In this document: piece by piece, positions 1-10,922 of the stretch
Layout: each line of letters starts with the position of its first letter
How positions within the stretch are numbered: the first letter of the stretch is position 1
Source of the DNA: Elsinoe ampelina
Lineage: Eukaryota
Length of the DNA: 64,000 bases
NCBI GenBank assembly: GCA_010093995.1
Contig: ML992510.1
Coordinates: 689,272-753,271, forward strand
Direction of reading: 5' to 3'
The notes under the pieces: model-generated
Database searches by the model: none
What the model saw: only the letters and a program-made list of their open reading frames with translations
Told to the model about the DNA's origin: nothing
Translations under genes and position numbers: made by a program

Positions 1-631
1 GCTTAATAGTCTTCTAGGGATTAATAAGGTTCTATATCTTAGTGTTTAAAGCTCTTATCTTAATAATATATAGCTAGCTAGCCTATTTAGCTAATGTAGC
101 AAGAATAATAGGTATTCTGGCTATTAAGGTGTTAGTATCTATAGTTGTTTATCCCTTTATTAACACCTAAATCCTGTAATTGTAATTAAGGCAGTACTTA
201 ATAGATTCTAATACTTAAAAAGTAAGATAGTAGAGAATTAACTAATAAATAGAGTAGCTAAGTAACTAAGTAATATACTTGTGTAGGGGTAGTTATACCG
301 GGCTTATAACTATTAACTTGTGTAGGGGAGGAAAAAGAATTAATTACTGCCTAATCTACTAAACTAAGGTAGATTGTAACTATATAAATACTTAACCTAA
401 CAAACTAAAAGATAGCTAAATCAAAAGAACTCCTTAATAGCAACAGATTAAGACAATAACCATTTAATTTGATTATGAATTAGTAGAGTAGTGGATAAGT
501 GTTCAGTTCCACCAGGGGATAAACTGAATCAGGGTCCTTCTTGGCGCTCCAGCTTATACCTCGGTTGACAGCGTGCCTGCATTTATTAATTCCGCTAACC
601 CCGCGGAGTGCTGAACGCGGTGTTGGCAACA
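1..631 (-). mobile_element. 5' end of a RIP-mutated Ty1/Copia element running off the left edge; LTR ~311-631
   Basis: AT/TpA-rich. On the minus strand GTTATAAGCCCGG (310-298) resembles the RIP form of the Copia PBS GTTATGAGCCC and abuts TATTAAC at 311 (RIP of TGTT..). The putative LTR ends GGCAACA at 631. Confidence 0.6.
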
Positions 632-777
632 GCAGGGCATCGGTTTCTTGATGATATTGTATTATTTTGGTCGACTATCTACTCTTACCTGTTGGCATGA
701 AGTATTAATTCCACTTCACCAAGCCTCCTGCGGGTCCGTAGACACGTGATATCCTTGCCTTGATCCTCTACCATTCC

Positions 778-3700
778 TCATGCCTGCATCACGCTCGACA
801 AAGCCATTTTGCCTTCTTCACTCAACCTTTCCTGCACAAACTTTCCAACTCTGCCACTGGTCTCGGAATCTTTGCCTCGAAGGTACTGGCCAACCCAGAC
901 CTTCACGTCTTGCACCTCTGGGAATGGATCCTTGGCGGTAGTCTTGCAAGTGTTGAGAGCAGTAAATCCAACACCAAATCCGACGTCCTCTACATCCTTG
1001 TCCTCAATGACATTCGCATCGTCCGCGGTAGGTGGCAGTGGAGGGTTGATCAAAAGCTTCAAAAGTGCCTCGCACGTCAACGCCCAACCTTTCTTGCCGT
1101 ACCGCTCCACGAAAGCTTCGCTCGTGGCCAGAGTATGGGTCAAGCTGACCACTGCCGTTTTTCGATCGTATGGCCTGGATAGCTTCTGAGTCTCTGGAAG
1201 AATGATGCCGGTATATATCGGAGTAAAGACGTTCTGCTGAATCTGATCCGTAATGCTGATGAACAAGTCCGCTCCGAGACCTTTGTCGTCTCTCGCAGAG
1301 AAGAAGTGGTAGAACCGGACAAATCGAATTGTGAAAGTCTCGGTCTTCGAATTCGACAACCGGGTGAGCATGATCTCCAGCATCGGTTTGAAATATTGTT
1401 GTAGCGCTGAGACGGGAAGGCTGCCGACCACGGTTTCGAGCAGATCGAAACCCAGTGACTCATTCGCTTTTGACGACACCAGCTTCTGGAAGATGATGAG
1501 AATTTGTTCGAGCTGATTGTTGGCAACAATTTGTTGAGCACCGCGAGGTATGATGGCAGTCAGTAGGCGTACAAGTGCTGGTATATTACCTCGCGAGTTG
1601 TAGAGATCAAGTGTGAGGACGGGCGGGAGTAGGGACAGATAGTATTCGGATAGCTCGCCAGATGGGTTGGCCTCCAGCAGAGCGGCGAAAAGTTGAAAGA
1701 CGTAGGGTTGAAATTCTTGCACATCCGTCTGCAGAATCTCGGCGAAGGGGTCGTAAAGAGCTTGCTCGAGGTGTGAAGATTGGGTAGGTGCGGCGAATCG
1801 TACCAAAGCACCTAAACTTTCAAAGTGGAAGTAGTAGAAGCGAGGATTGCTGGGATTGTGACGAATGACTTTTGTGATGTTGACCAGATTCTTCAAGACC
1901 ATGTCGAGATTCTGCACGACACCATCGCGAATGACGATCAAGACCCTCATCACTGCTTTCATGAGGAATTCATTTTCTTGAATCTTCTCTGGCTTGACAT
2001 CTTTCGTGATAAGAAGGAAAAGATGCTGGAGGAGCTCACGAGACAAAGGTGTGACGGTCTCGCGGCTGATGTATGGTTGGCGGTTGTCGTCAGTCATATA
2101 CAGGACGCGCTCAACAGCGATGGCAGCGTAGGTGTAGACCACGTAGTTTGATGAGCTCAAGTGATTAACGAGGAGTGGGAAGGCAGCTTGCCATTGCTCC
2201 TTGGTCAATTGGCTTCGGAAAATGTAAAGGTATTTGATGGCGTCGACTTTGAGCAGAGGGTGAGCGGACTCGGTGGTGAGATCAGTCGCAATGTTGTTCT
2301 GGAAAAAGTCCAAGATGTTGACTTGAGGGTTGGTTGCGGTGACACCTCTTACGCTAGTGACAGTGCCTTTAGCAGCTATCGAGGAGAAGAGATAGACCGC
2401 TGTATCCTTGGCTTTCCAGTTATTAGCAGGATCCTTTGCGCCTTCTGCAACGTAATGATTGATGTATTGTGTGACGACTTCTGTCGTCAAGTTTTCGAAT
2501 TGCTCCATCAATGCTCGCAGGAAGTCTGTGGCTGCTCGCCGTCTCGTGTCGCTGTCGGAACCTTCGAGATCTCTCCGGATGTATTCGATCGGCTCGTCCT
2601 CGAAAAGCTCGACGTCCGATTCTCTCAAAGACAGATTCGGCAGAACCACGTTTTCTACCACTTGCCCGAGGACTTCCTTATTGTTGAAGACCTCCGCATG
2701 CTGCTTGATCTTCGCCACAGATGTCAAGAATTGTAGCGCCTTGCTGACCAAGATGTCGTATTTTGTCTCTGAACCAATGGTGGTCAAAAGCTGCCACGAA
2801 CTCTGGATGAACTGGCTCAAATGCGGCCCGAAGACATCCTCGTACTTTTGTGTGTACAACTGGAGTGCTTCGAATATGCCCGCTTTCACAAATTCCAGGG
2901 AGCCAGATTCCGAGTCGTCGTCCGTTTGTAAGAAGGCATTGCTGTAGTTCAAATACTTGAGAAAGAGGCCGCTTATGGCTCCGAGGTTCTCCTCGAACAC
3001 CGGTGGTAGATCTTGACATGAGAGATCATAGAACAGTTTCATCATCAGGCTGAGTGTGGTAAAGTTTGCTTGTAACGCCTCTTTCTGTCCTTCCGACTGT
3101 GTGATAGCTTGATCTACATTTTGTAGCAGGGTGAGAAACGGCGTGCTGAACTTGCTGAGTACATGATTGATCTCCGTGAAGAGTGCGTCGGATCGGAAAA
3201 GAGGTCGCCATCGCCGGAAGATGGAATGCGCAACCTGTAGGACTCCATTGTTCACGGTCGGGTTGTCGGCGGTGAGTCGCGAGACAAGATCCTGCCTTTG
3301 TCAGTGTTTCCAATGCTAGCCAGCCCATGATGTTGCCATGCTCACGTCAACAAGCGTATCCCATCTCTCCCAGAAGTCGCTGTCCGCAATGACACTGATA
3401 GCCTCTCCAAGTTGTGTCTGAAGCGAAGGTGGCACAGCGATCATCAGCCCTATCAGCTCTTTCTTGATCGAATCGACCTCGTTTGCCGGAAGTTTGTAGT
3501 TGCCATCTTCATCCTATCATTGATCAGGCAACTTTTCTTCGTGGTATTTGCTCTAATACTCACTGTCCAATTCCGCCGAATGAAGTTCTTGAAGAAAAGC
3601 GCGCTCGCAAGTCTGGTCGTTTGAGGGTATGTGTTTGAGGCGACAATCTGAAGGAGGACAAGTGAGAAACCTTGTGCACTCTCTTCTTGCTTAATTGCTT

Positions 3701-3829
3701 GCTCGGCTGTGTCGTCCGTCAGTGAAACCTCATACTGCGATATCCAATGCTCTCACCTTGCTTGTTTTGGCGGGGATCCAAGCTGGCTTCCAGCAAGCCA
3801 GCTGTTTTGGCGATATCTGCCTGCGCCAT
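778..3829 (-). CDS. CSE1: Importin-alpha re-exporter / exportin-2
   Basis: Exons 3829-3757, 3706-3564, 3513-3346, 3291-778; GT-AG introns of 50, 50 and 54 nt. Motifs CQDLPPVFEE, ELFEDEPIEYIRRDLEGSDSDTRRRAATDF, ENEFLMK, NPSNPRFYYFHFE. Confidence 0.96.
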
Positions 3830-6800
3830 GCTAGCACTGACTTTCACTATGCATGGGAATATGTGTGATGAGAGTGTGACAAAGTGCCGCGACGCTAATG
3901 AGACAAGTCCGGTGACGAAACGAAATGTTTTGTTCGTTACGCGCAAAGCTCATGTTCACATGAGTTTCGAAAGAATCACAGCTCCAAGTCGGCCTCGGGT
4001 GCGTCCGCTCCGATCGCCACAAGCGAGGAATGATCGACTGGTTTCGCGGGGTCAAAAATATATCAACCTGTCAGGGATGATGATTGCGTGCATGTGGCAC
4101 AGTCAAGGTTTGACAATTGCGACTTCATCTCATGAGTGCTGTCTGCCAATCTTGGTCAGGACTGCCACAATCATAAGAAACGTACGCGAGAACATTCATA
4201 GATGGGCGTGCTTGTGCCAGCGTGGCAGCACTCATTCATTCTTGGGCCAGCCGTACGTCTCTATACATCGACAATTGACATGGGTCGATGACATCTCTCC
4301 GTTCGATGTCACAAGCGTCGAAGGATCTCGCTTGAGAAGAAGGATGAGGATGTTGGACCTTGCCAACGCTTCTCTGCTCACTTTGCGAGATAGCATTCAC
4401 GTGCTGCCACAAACTCGACAACTGATCGTCTCCGACTCCTTTGACCTTCGATCTATCATAAAAGTAGAGCTCTCGTCACATAGTTCGATGTCACCGTGAT
4501 CTCACAAGACCAGGAAGACGTTTTCTTAGTACTGTACTGTAATCACAAAGCGAAGATTGTAAACAGCCAAGCAGGAAGTGCACTCTTGTCCATTTCGTTT
4601 GATTCCTATCATCCTGCAGAATCCCATACTCACCCAAACGAAGCCCACCTCTTGTTCCCGTTTAAAATTGGCCATCAGAGCGGGAAAGACACTTCAGATC
4701 AACAACACCATCCGGGGGGACATGAAGGGAGTCAAAATGTGGAGGTGCAGATCTCGTTCATGGTTCGTGAGTGTTTTGAAACATGTTGACTGTCACGCAG
4801 CGTGCGTGTCCACCAACCACCAGCGGTGAGCAACCTACATGGAATGAAAGTCGAAGAAAGAGCCATGAAACCGACCGTGCAATTCGCATGCAGCAGGAAT
4901 TGTTTGTTTTTGTCATGCTTGTGATACATTTGCCTCTTGGCCTTGTGTCTCGGCACGTGCGAGGCTGCACTTGCAATGCAAATAGGAGGATCTGAGGGAA
5001 AGCAACTTTTGCCCGGACCATGACGATTCGTACAACGGCGTCAGGGCTAGGTGTTTCGCTCGTGGCAGTAAACGTCGTCTACCAGGCTATACAAACGGTT
5101 TGACTGTTTGCGTGCCAGAACGGTCATGCGTCATCCAGGAACTTCGCTGCTGTATTGGATCTGGACAGGTGAGAGAGGAGACGTAGGCGCTGCCTTGGCC
5201 AATGGTGCTGCGAAGATGCACAAAATTGAATGTTGTGTTGTCGGTGAGGGTGTTTGGCTGCAGGAGGAGTGGTGATTGTTTCACAAGCGACCGGGACCCA
5301 TCATCCAATGGCGAGCTTTAATCCAGGGCAAAGTTGACAGACTTGCAAAGATGTCCGAAGTGCAGCTTGCTCTAATCTCCTTACTTCCGTGCTGTCTGAA
5401 CTCCAAATTGCAGTAAAATCATGAAGAAACTAAATTAGATCAGCTCGTCGTATAGTAATTCCTTCTGTCAGTAAATAGAAGGTGAATGGACGCTTCTTGA
5501 GTCGTGGAGATTTCGCAAATATGGGAGGAGCCACGACCTGCAAACTGTGTTCTGCTCGTATGTGCCCAGACCACAAGGTCACCCCACCCCGCAGCGCCAT
5601 CCTCCTTTGGACTAGTGTACCCTTGCCGAGCCTTTACAAGCGAGAGCCTGACTCCTGGCGGAAATTGCATTAGGAGACATCCATCGGACATGTCCAGAGG
5701 TAGCATTCATCAATGCTGAACAACCCTCATTCTCGCTCAATTTGTGGCTGGTCGTTGGATAGAAGAGGAGATGAGTGTGTCATCCCCTACCTCCAACAGG
5801 ATTCTGTCGGCGCCTATTGATGGTCAATATGTATTGTGATGACTTACGTGTGATCTCGATGCGCAAGACTTTTCGATATGGAGATCTACAGTACCTGAAC
5901 AAGGATGTCAAGCCTGATGATGGCACTGCGGATAGGTGAGGGAAAAGAAACCCAGAATCTTGGGATATGCGAGGTCGATCCGCACGGTGCAAGGTACGTC
6001 TCTTGGCCGAAAGTCCAAATGCGGTTACGATCAGCCGCGGCCGATGGGAAAAACGCTTGTATCCGACCAGGCCGCACAGCCAGTGGGTGCCGTACCTGTC
6101 TGTTCCTGGCTAGCCATATTAGGGGCCCACACGTTTTTCTCTGTTGTTCTGGAGCCTGCACATCGTTCTTGTGGGGATGCCCAGTCTTCAAGGTCGGTTC
6201 GTGTCTCCTTTGTCGCTGCTGATGGTCCCCACTCGCCTCGCACCCCTAATCTTACATGCTTTTTGCCGCCTGATTGCCTTCGGGTTGCCTCCCATCCACT
6301 GTCCAAACATGTTACCAGATGACTTGCGACAAGACATTCTTTGCAGTTGCCATGGCGAGTACATCCAGCTGGAAGCAAGGAGAAGGAGCCTAGATTGTGT
6401 CAAACCGGACAATGCAGTGCGGGGCGGGTGGTGAAGAATGCACGAGATGTCAGATGTGCTGTCCTGGTGTCCCCCCTCATGCCGAAGCTGGCTGTAGCAG
6501 AGCACAACGTCCAGAGAGGCGGTCCGGGAATGTTGTTGTCGTGTAGAATTCGCCACCCCTGCGGTCGGGTCGTGGTCGTTGCCAGGTCCAGGTTGTGACC
6601 GTGATACCCTGAGTTAATCAATCTGCGCCATTGTCCAGTGCGGCCGAGATATTATTCCGTAATCATTGTCGGCATTCGACTGCGTATTGTGGAGACGAAG
6701 AGTCTGCAGGGCATGCCACTGACGCAGCGACGAGTCCCTCGCAATCTGCCTCTCCCCACCGTTTTTGTCAACGTTTGTCGAGGCGTGTTTCAAGCCAGGC

Positions 6801-7109
6801 CCGAATCTTTCCTCCCTCGTGGCTTTGCGCTAGTCCTGCAAGTCTCCCCGGGTGCCTCCCGCTTGTGTTCATCCTGTCCGCATCTCCATAAAAGCAAATC
6901 GTCACGGTCGCAGTCCACACTCCTTCACCACACGCATACATCCTCTACACGTTGACGTGTTCCTCTCTTTCTTCACTCCTTGCTCAGTCACTCTTTTCGC
7001 GGCCTTGTGCTTGCATCCACTCATTCCAAACGATCCAACAGCGCCCAGTCGCCAACACACCACCCTCCTTCACGTCACTCCTTTTGTGAAGAAACAACCT
7101 ACCCTTTCC

Positions 7110-7430
7110 GTAAGTGAATTGAGACTCCAGGTGCCGTGTCTTGTTCTTCACAGCTTGTGAGAGCAAACCTCTGCCCTACAAAACCGTTACGGCTTCGAAT
7201 CGTTGGAGAATCGATAAAGACCCGCCTGTCCCGACTCGTCCTCGTCACGATAGAGGCAACGGCTTCCAGCTCTGTCAGTCTGTCTCGATAAGCCAAAACG
7301 GTTCTAGGACGACGACTCTCTTTTCGACTGAGACCAGACCGGTCAACCTTGTTCTTTCAGATATAACTCTTACAGCGCCTCCCGGTTGAGGCTCTCTTTC
7401 CAGCGACCGCTCACTGACACTCTCTGTCAG
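7110..7430 (+). other. Probable 5'-UTR intron of the CAP gene
   Basis: GTAAGT donor at 7110; CTGAC branch, pyrimidine tract and CAG ending at 7430, 81 nt before the ATG; CT-rich leader upstream. Confidence 0.55.
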
Positions 7431-7511
7431 GCACATTCTTTGACAGGATCTGGTATCCCCGACAGTCCTTCTGAACCGGTATCAGACACTCGAAAAGAAC
7501 AACTGATCAAC

Positions 7512-9182
7512 ATGCGTTCCTCGGTCCTCTTCACCGCGGCCTTTGCTGCTGTCGCCCTTGCTTCCCCTGCCTTCGACAAGCGTGGTGAGGTCGTCGTGAC
7601 CGATGCCGAAGTCGTCTATGTCACAGAGGTCGTGACCGTCACCGAAGGTCAGCCCGCACCCACTGCCGAGCCGACCTACACCAAGACGGCCTACGGTGGA
7701 TGGCGCAAGAAGGGTCGCAAGGGCCGCAAGACTGGTGGCTACGGCAGCGCTCCTGCGCCTGTCCCCACCGAGCCTGCACCAGTGCCGTCCTCCGCTGAGG
7801 TTCCCGCCCCGGCTCCCTCCACCTACGAGCCCGCTCCTCAGCCAGAGCCAACCACCGAGGCTCCTGCCCTAGCTCCCACCTCGTACGAGCAGCCTGCCCC
7901 TGCACCAACCTCATACGAACAGCCGGCACCCGCTCCTTCCACCACCGAGGCCGCGCCACCACCAGCCTACACTCCGGTAAGCAGCGATCAACAGGCACCA
8001 CTGCACATCCAAACCGAAATGATCCTCTCCGATGCACCAGCACAAGCACTCTCCGTCCCAGCACCTGCACCTGCACCTCAATCATCCATCCTGCACCGTC
8101 TCCTCCCCTTCCCCCTCTCCGTCTTCGGCTTCTCTGCACCCGACTGCCACAGCTCTGAGGAAGAGGTCCATCTCCACAAGCGTGGCACAAAGGTGCAGAC
8201 GAAGAAGAAGGTCGCGAAGACCAACAAGAAGCAGAAGAAGAAGAAGGCCTCCACCACCAAGAAGGCAAATGCCAAAGCCACAAAAGCCCCCTCCACCCCT
8301 GCCACCTCCAAAGACACATCCAAAGACACCACCTCTCAGAGCACCGCATCCTCTACCACTGCCACTGCATCCAAAGACACAGCTACTAAAACTTCCTCCA
8401 AGCCAGCTTCGGGTAAGGCCACCACATATCAACAGGCCGTCCTCAACCACCACAACTACCACCGCGCCAACCACTCTGCACCTGACATTGCGTGGTCTCA
8501 GTCTCTCGCCGATACAGCATTGAAGATCGCCAAGACATGCGTGTATGAGCACAACACTGAGATGGATGGTGGCGGTTATGGGTATGTCTCGTCCTTCCCC
8601 CCTTTTCCCCCACACTTTCTCCCCAACTCCACCACCTCCCCTCGCTTTCCCAATCATTCATATGTGCTCAAACTGACGACTTGTATCCAAAATATCGCAG
8701 CTGGCATTGTTGCCGGAAAGATATCTACAATTTTAAGCGACATGTTCTATAATGGTGAGGTCGAAGCATATGGTGGTGTGTATGGCCAGAACCCTTCCAT
8801 GACCAACTTTGGAACTTGGGGGTAAGTTTCGATATTCATCCGAGATGCTCCGAGACAGCGCTGACGACCCCTCTGCCACTTCTCGCAGATGGTTTGGAAG
8901 AGCACCACCGAAGTAGGCTGCGCGACATACGACTGTGGCTCTTCGGCGACTGGCGTCCTCAAGAACTACGGCGGAATCTTCACTGTTTGCAATTACAACC
9001 CTGCAGGTCAGCCGATCCTCCAGCTCTAATCCCGCAGAAAATGCTGACGATGAAATGCAGGCAATTACCAGGGTCAGTACGACACACAAGTCGGACAGTG
9101 CCTCAACCAGCCAACCATTGACGGTACCTATAACGTGGACGTTGCAGCCATCCAGGCGGACGCCGAGGCTCGATTCCAGTAA
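7512..9182 (+). CDS. Secreted CAP/SCP (PR-1/Pry-like) protein with Pro/Thr-rich linker
   Basis: Signal peptide MRSSVLFTAAFAAVALA and FDKR Kex2-like site; PAPAPTSYEQ repeats; CAP motifs HHNYHRANH, GQNIA, GHFSQMVWKSTTEVGCA, FTVCNYNPAGN. Proposed introns 7977-8402 (optional), 8582-8686 (ends AT), 8822-8875 (ends TG), 9007-9060; stop TAA 9180-9182. Confidence 0.88.
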
Positions 9183-10922
9183 ACGGGTCCCCTCACGCCA
9201 GGGCTCCACCAGGTCGACTTGAGGCTTCAGTACTTATGGTCGACTTTTTCCTTTCGTTCCGGTAGGGAGGTCGTGGGACTTGCTCGATGCGTTCCAAGTA
9301 GCCGAGTCCAGTAATGGGCCGAGGTCTGCAGGATGAGGCATCCGTTCTTCGATCATCCTCCGGTCTTTTTCTTTCTCTCTGTGGATACTTGCATGACTTG
9401 ACGTCAATGCGGAAGCGAAGCAATGTGGGACTGAAATGCTTCGCAGGTCATGCGATATAGGGAAATGGAAATAACTTCTCAGAATGCTCTAGTGCCAGTG
9501 CAATCGATGTCGATGATGAGGCCGTTTTATAAATGCGATTGAATGCGCCGACATAGCCACCGGGCATTGCTTGTGTAGCTGTTTCGAGATGTGTTTGGGT
9601 GGAAGGGTCGTGTAGCAAGTCGACGGGTAAGAGGTGGGGAAGGGCAGCCACCATACAGGCTGCATGTGGCAAAGACGAGCTGAGAAGATGACAAACACGC
9701 AGGCAGGACAGACTATAGTTTTGTACATTCAACGAGGACTCAGCTCTACTGATTAGTCCAACAATGAATCTGCAGGTGGCACAAAATTGCAGTTCAGCTG
9801 AGCCGCAATGAATCCACTTCAGATCCCTGCTCGACCAGTCGTGTTGCTCACTCAAGCGCCCGGCCCAATCAACTACGCCGCTGTGCTCAATGGTATTTAT
9901 CCTGGACGTATGAATAGTCGCGGGACCGGTGACGGACTGGTCGTCGTTCCGGTCATTGTTGGTCATCGTAAGAGGCTACCACATTCGGTGATTTAGCTGC
10001 GCAAGCGGACTGCGACGTTGGAAGGCTGCTGGTAGGATTGGCACATATATTTTCTGATATTGCCTGACATGAGGCCTGACATGAGGATTGCACGGTAGCA
10101 GACTGCCCAGTCAAAGAAATGCCAAATCTGCGGATTTTTCACGACAAAAGGATCTCTACAAACGTAGTGTTGATTTCGCAGGAGTATCGTTGACGCCCTG
10201 ATCATGCCTGACTTGAAAGCCTTTCCCGAGAAGCCCCAAGGCCAGCGATTGGACTTGGCAAGTTACACAGAAGTCCACGGATTTCAACGACATGTTCCAC
10301 AGAGCTATATTCCTGGCACGGGACACATCTATCAAATACATTGTAGCGACACTCCGATACATTGTCGGCAGAATCTATTACTACCAGGCACGGCAACGTT
10401 CTTTCAATAATTGCTTTTGCCCTGTTTGCCAAGATGGACGGCGCCCATTTGTATCATGTTGAGCCTAGGGACGCTGCCAATCTACAAGTTCATGCGGCGC
10501 GGTTCGTCGCTTTATGGGCATATTCTCCACCTGCTGCAACCATAGGATCTCCGGGCTGTGAGTAGTAGACAGGTTAACAACAAGTAATCTGACCATGAAG
10601 AATGATACACAGTCTTCATTATCCACTTCGCACCTCAGTCACGATGGCAGACATCTCATCAGGGCCCAAACAATGGTTCCGCTTAGCGCTGCATCTTCGG
10701 GTCGACCAATCACGTCTGATCTGCGGCCCTAGACCAGGGTATTGCAGATGAAGACCCAAGACGATGGTTTCAACCAGACCTGCAGCCATGCGGCGCAGTT
10801 TGGCGCAGAAAACTGCGCGCTGCGTTTTGTTGAAGAGCTGCAGCCCGCCCTGCGCCATGTGATGGCTTTTGCATAGCAGACTCGACGACGTGCAGACCCT
10901 CAGGTCGAGGTATACGGGAGGC

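Noticed and set aside
3830..7100. Many short ORFs (e.g. 3747-4499) in the long divergent intergenic region
   Set aside because: No recognisable domains or consistent splice structure; treated as promoter DNA, though small genes cannot be excluded.
8582..8900. Twin (nested) intron explanation for the missing AG acceptors
   Set aside because: Coding sequence follows the AT/TG directly; I found no internal intron whose removal would rebuild an AG.
9200..10900. Short ORFs between the CAP and DUF3433 genes
   Set aside because: No convincing gene model or motif.
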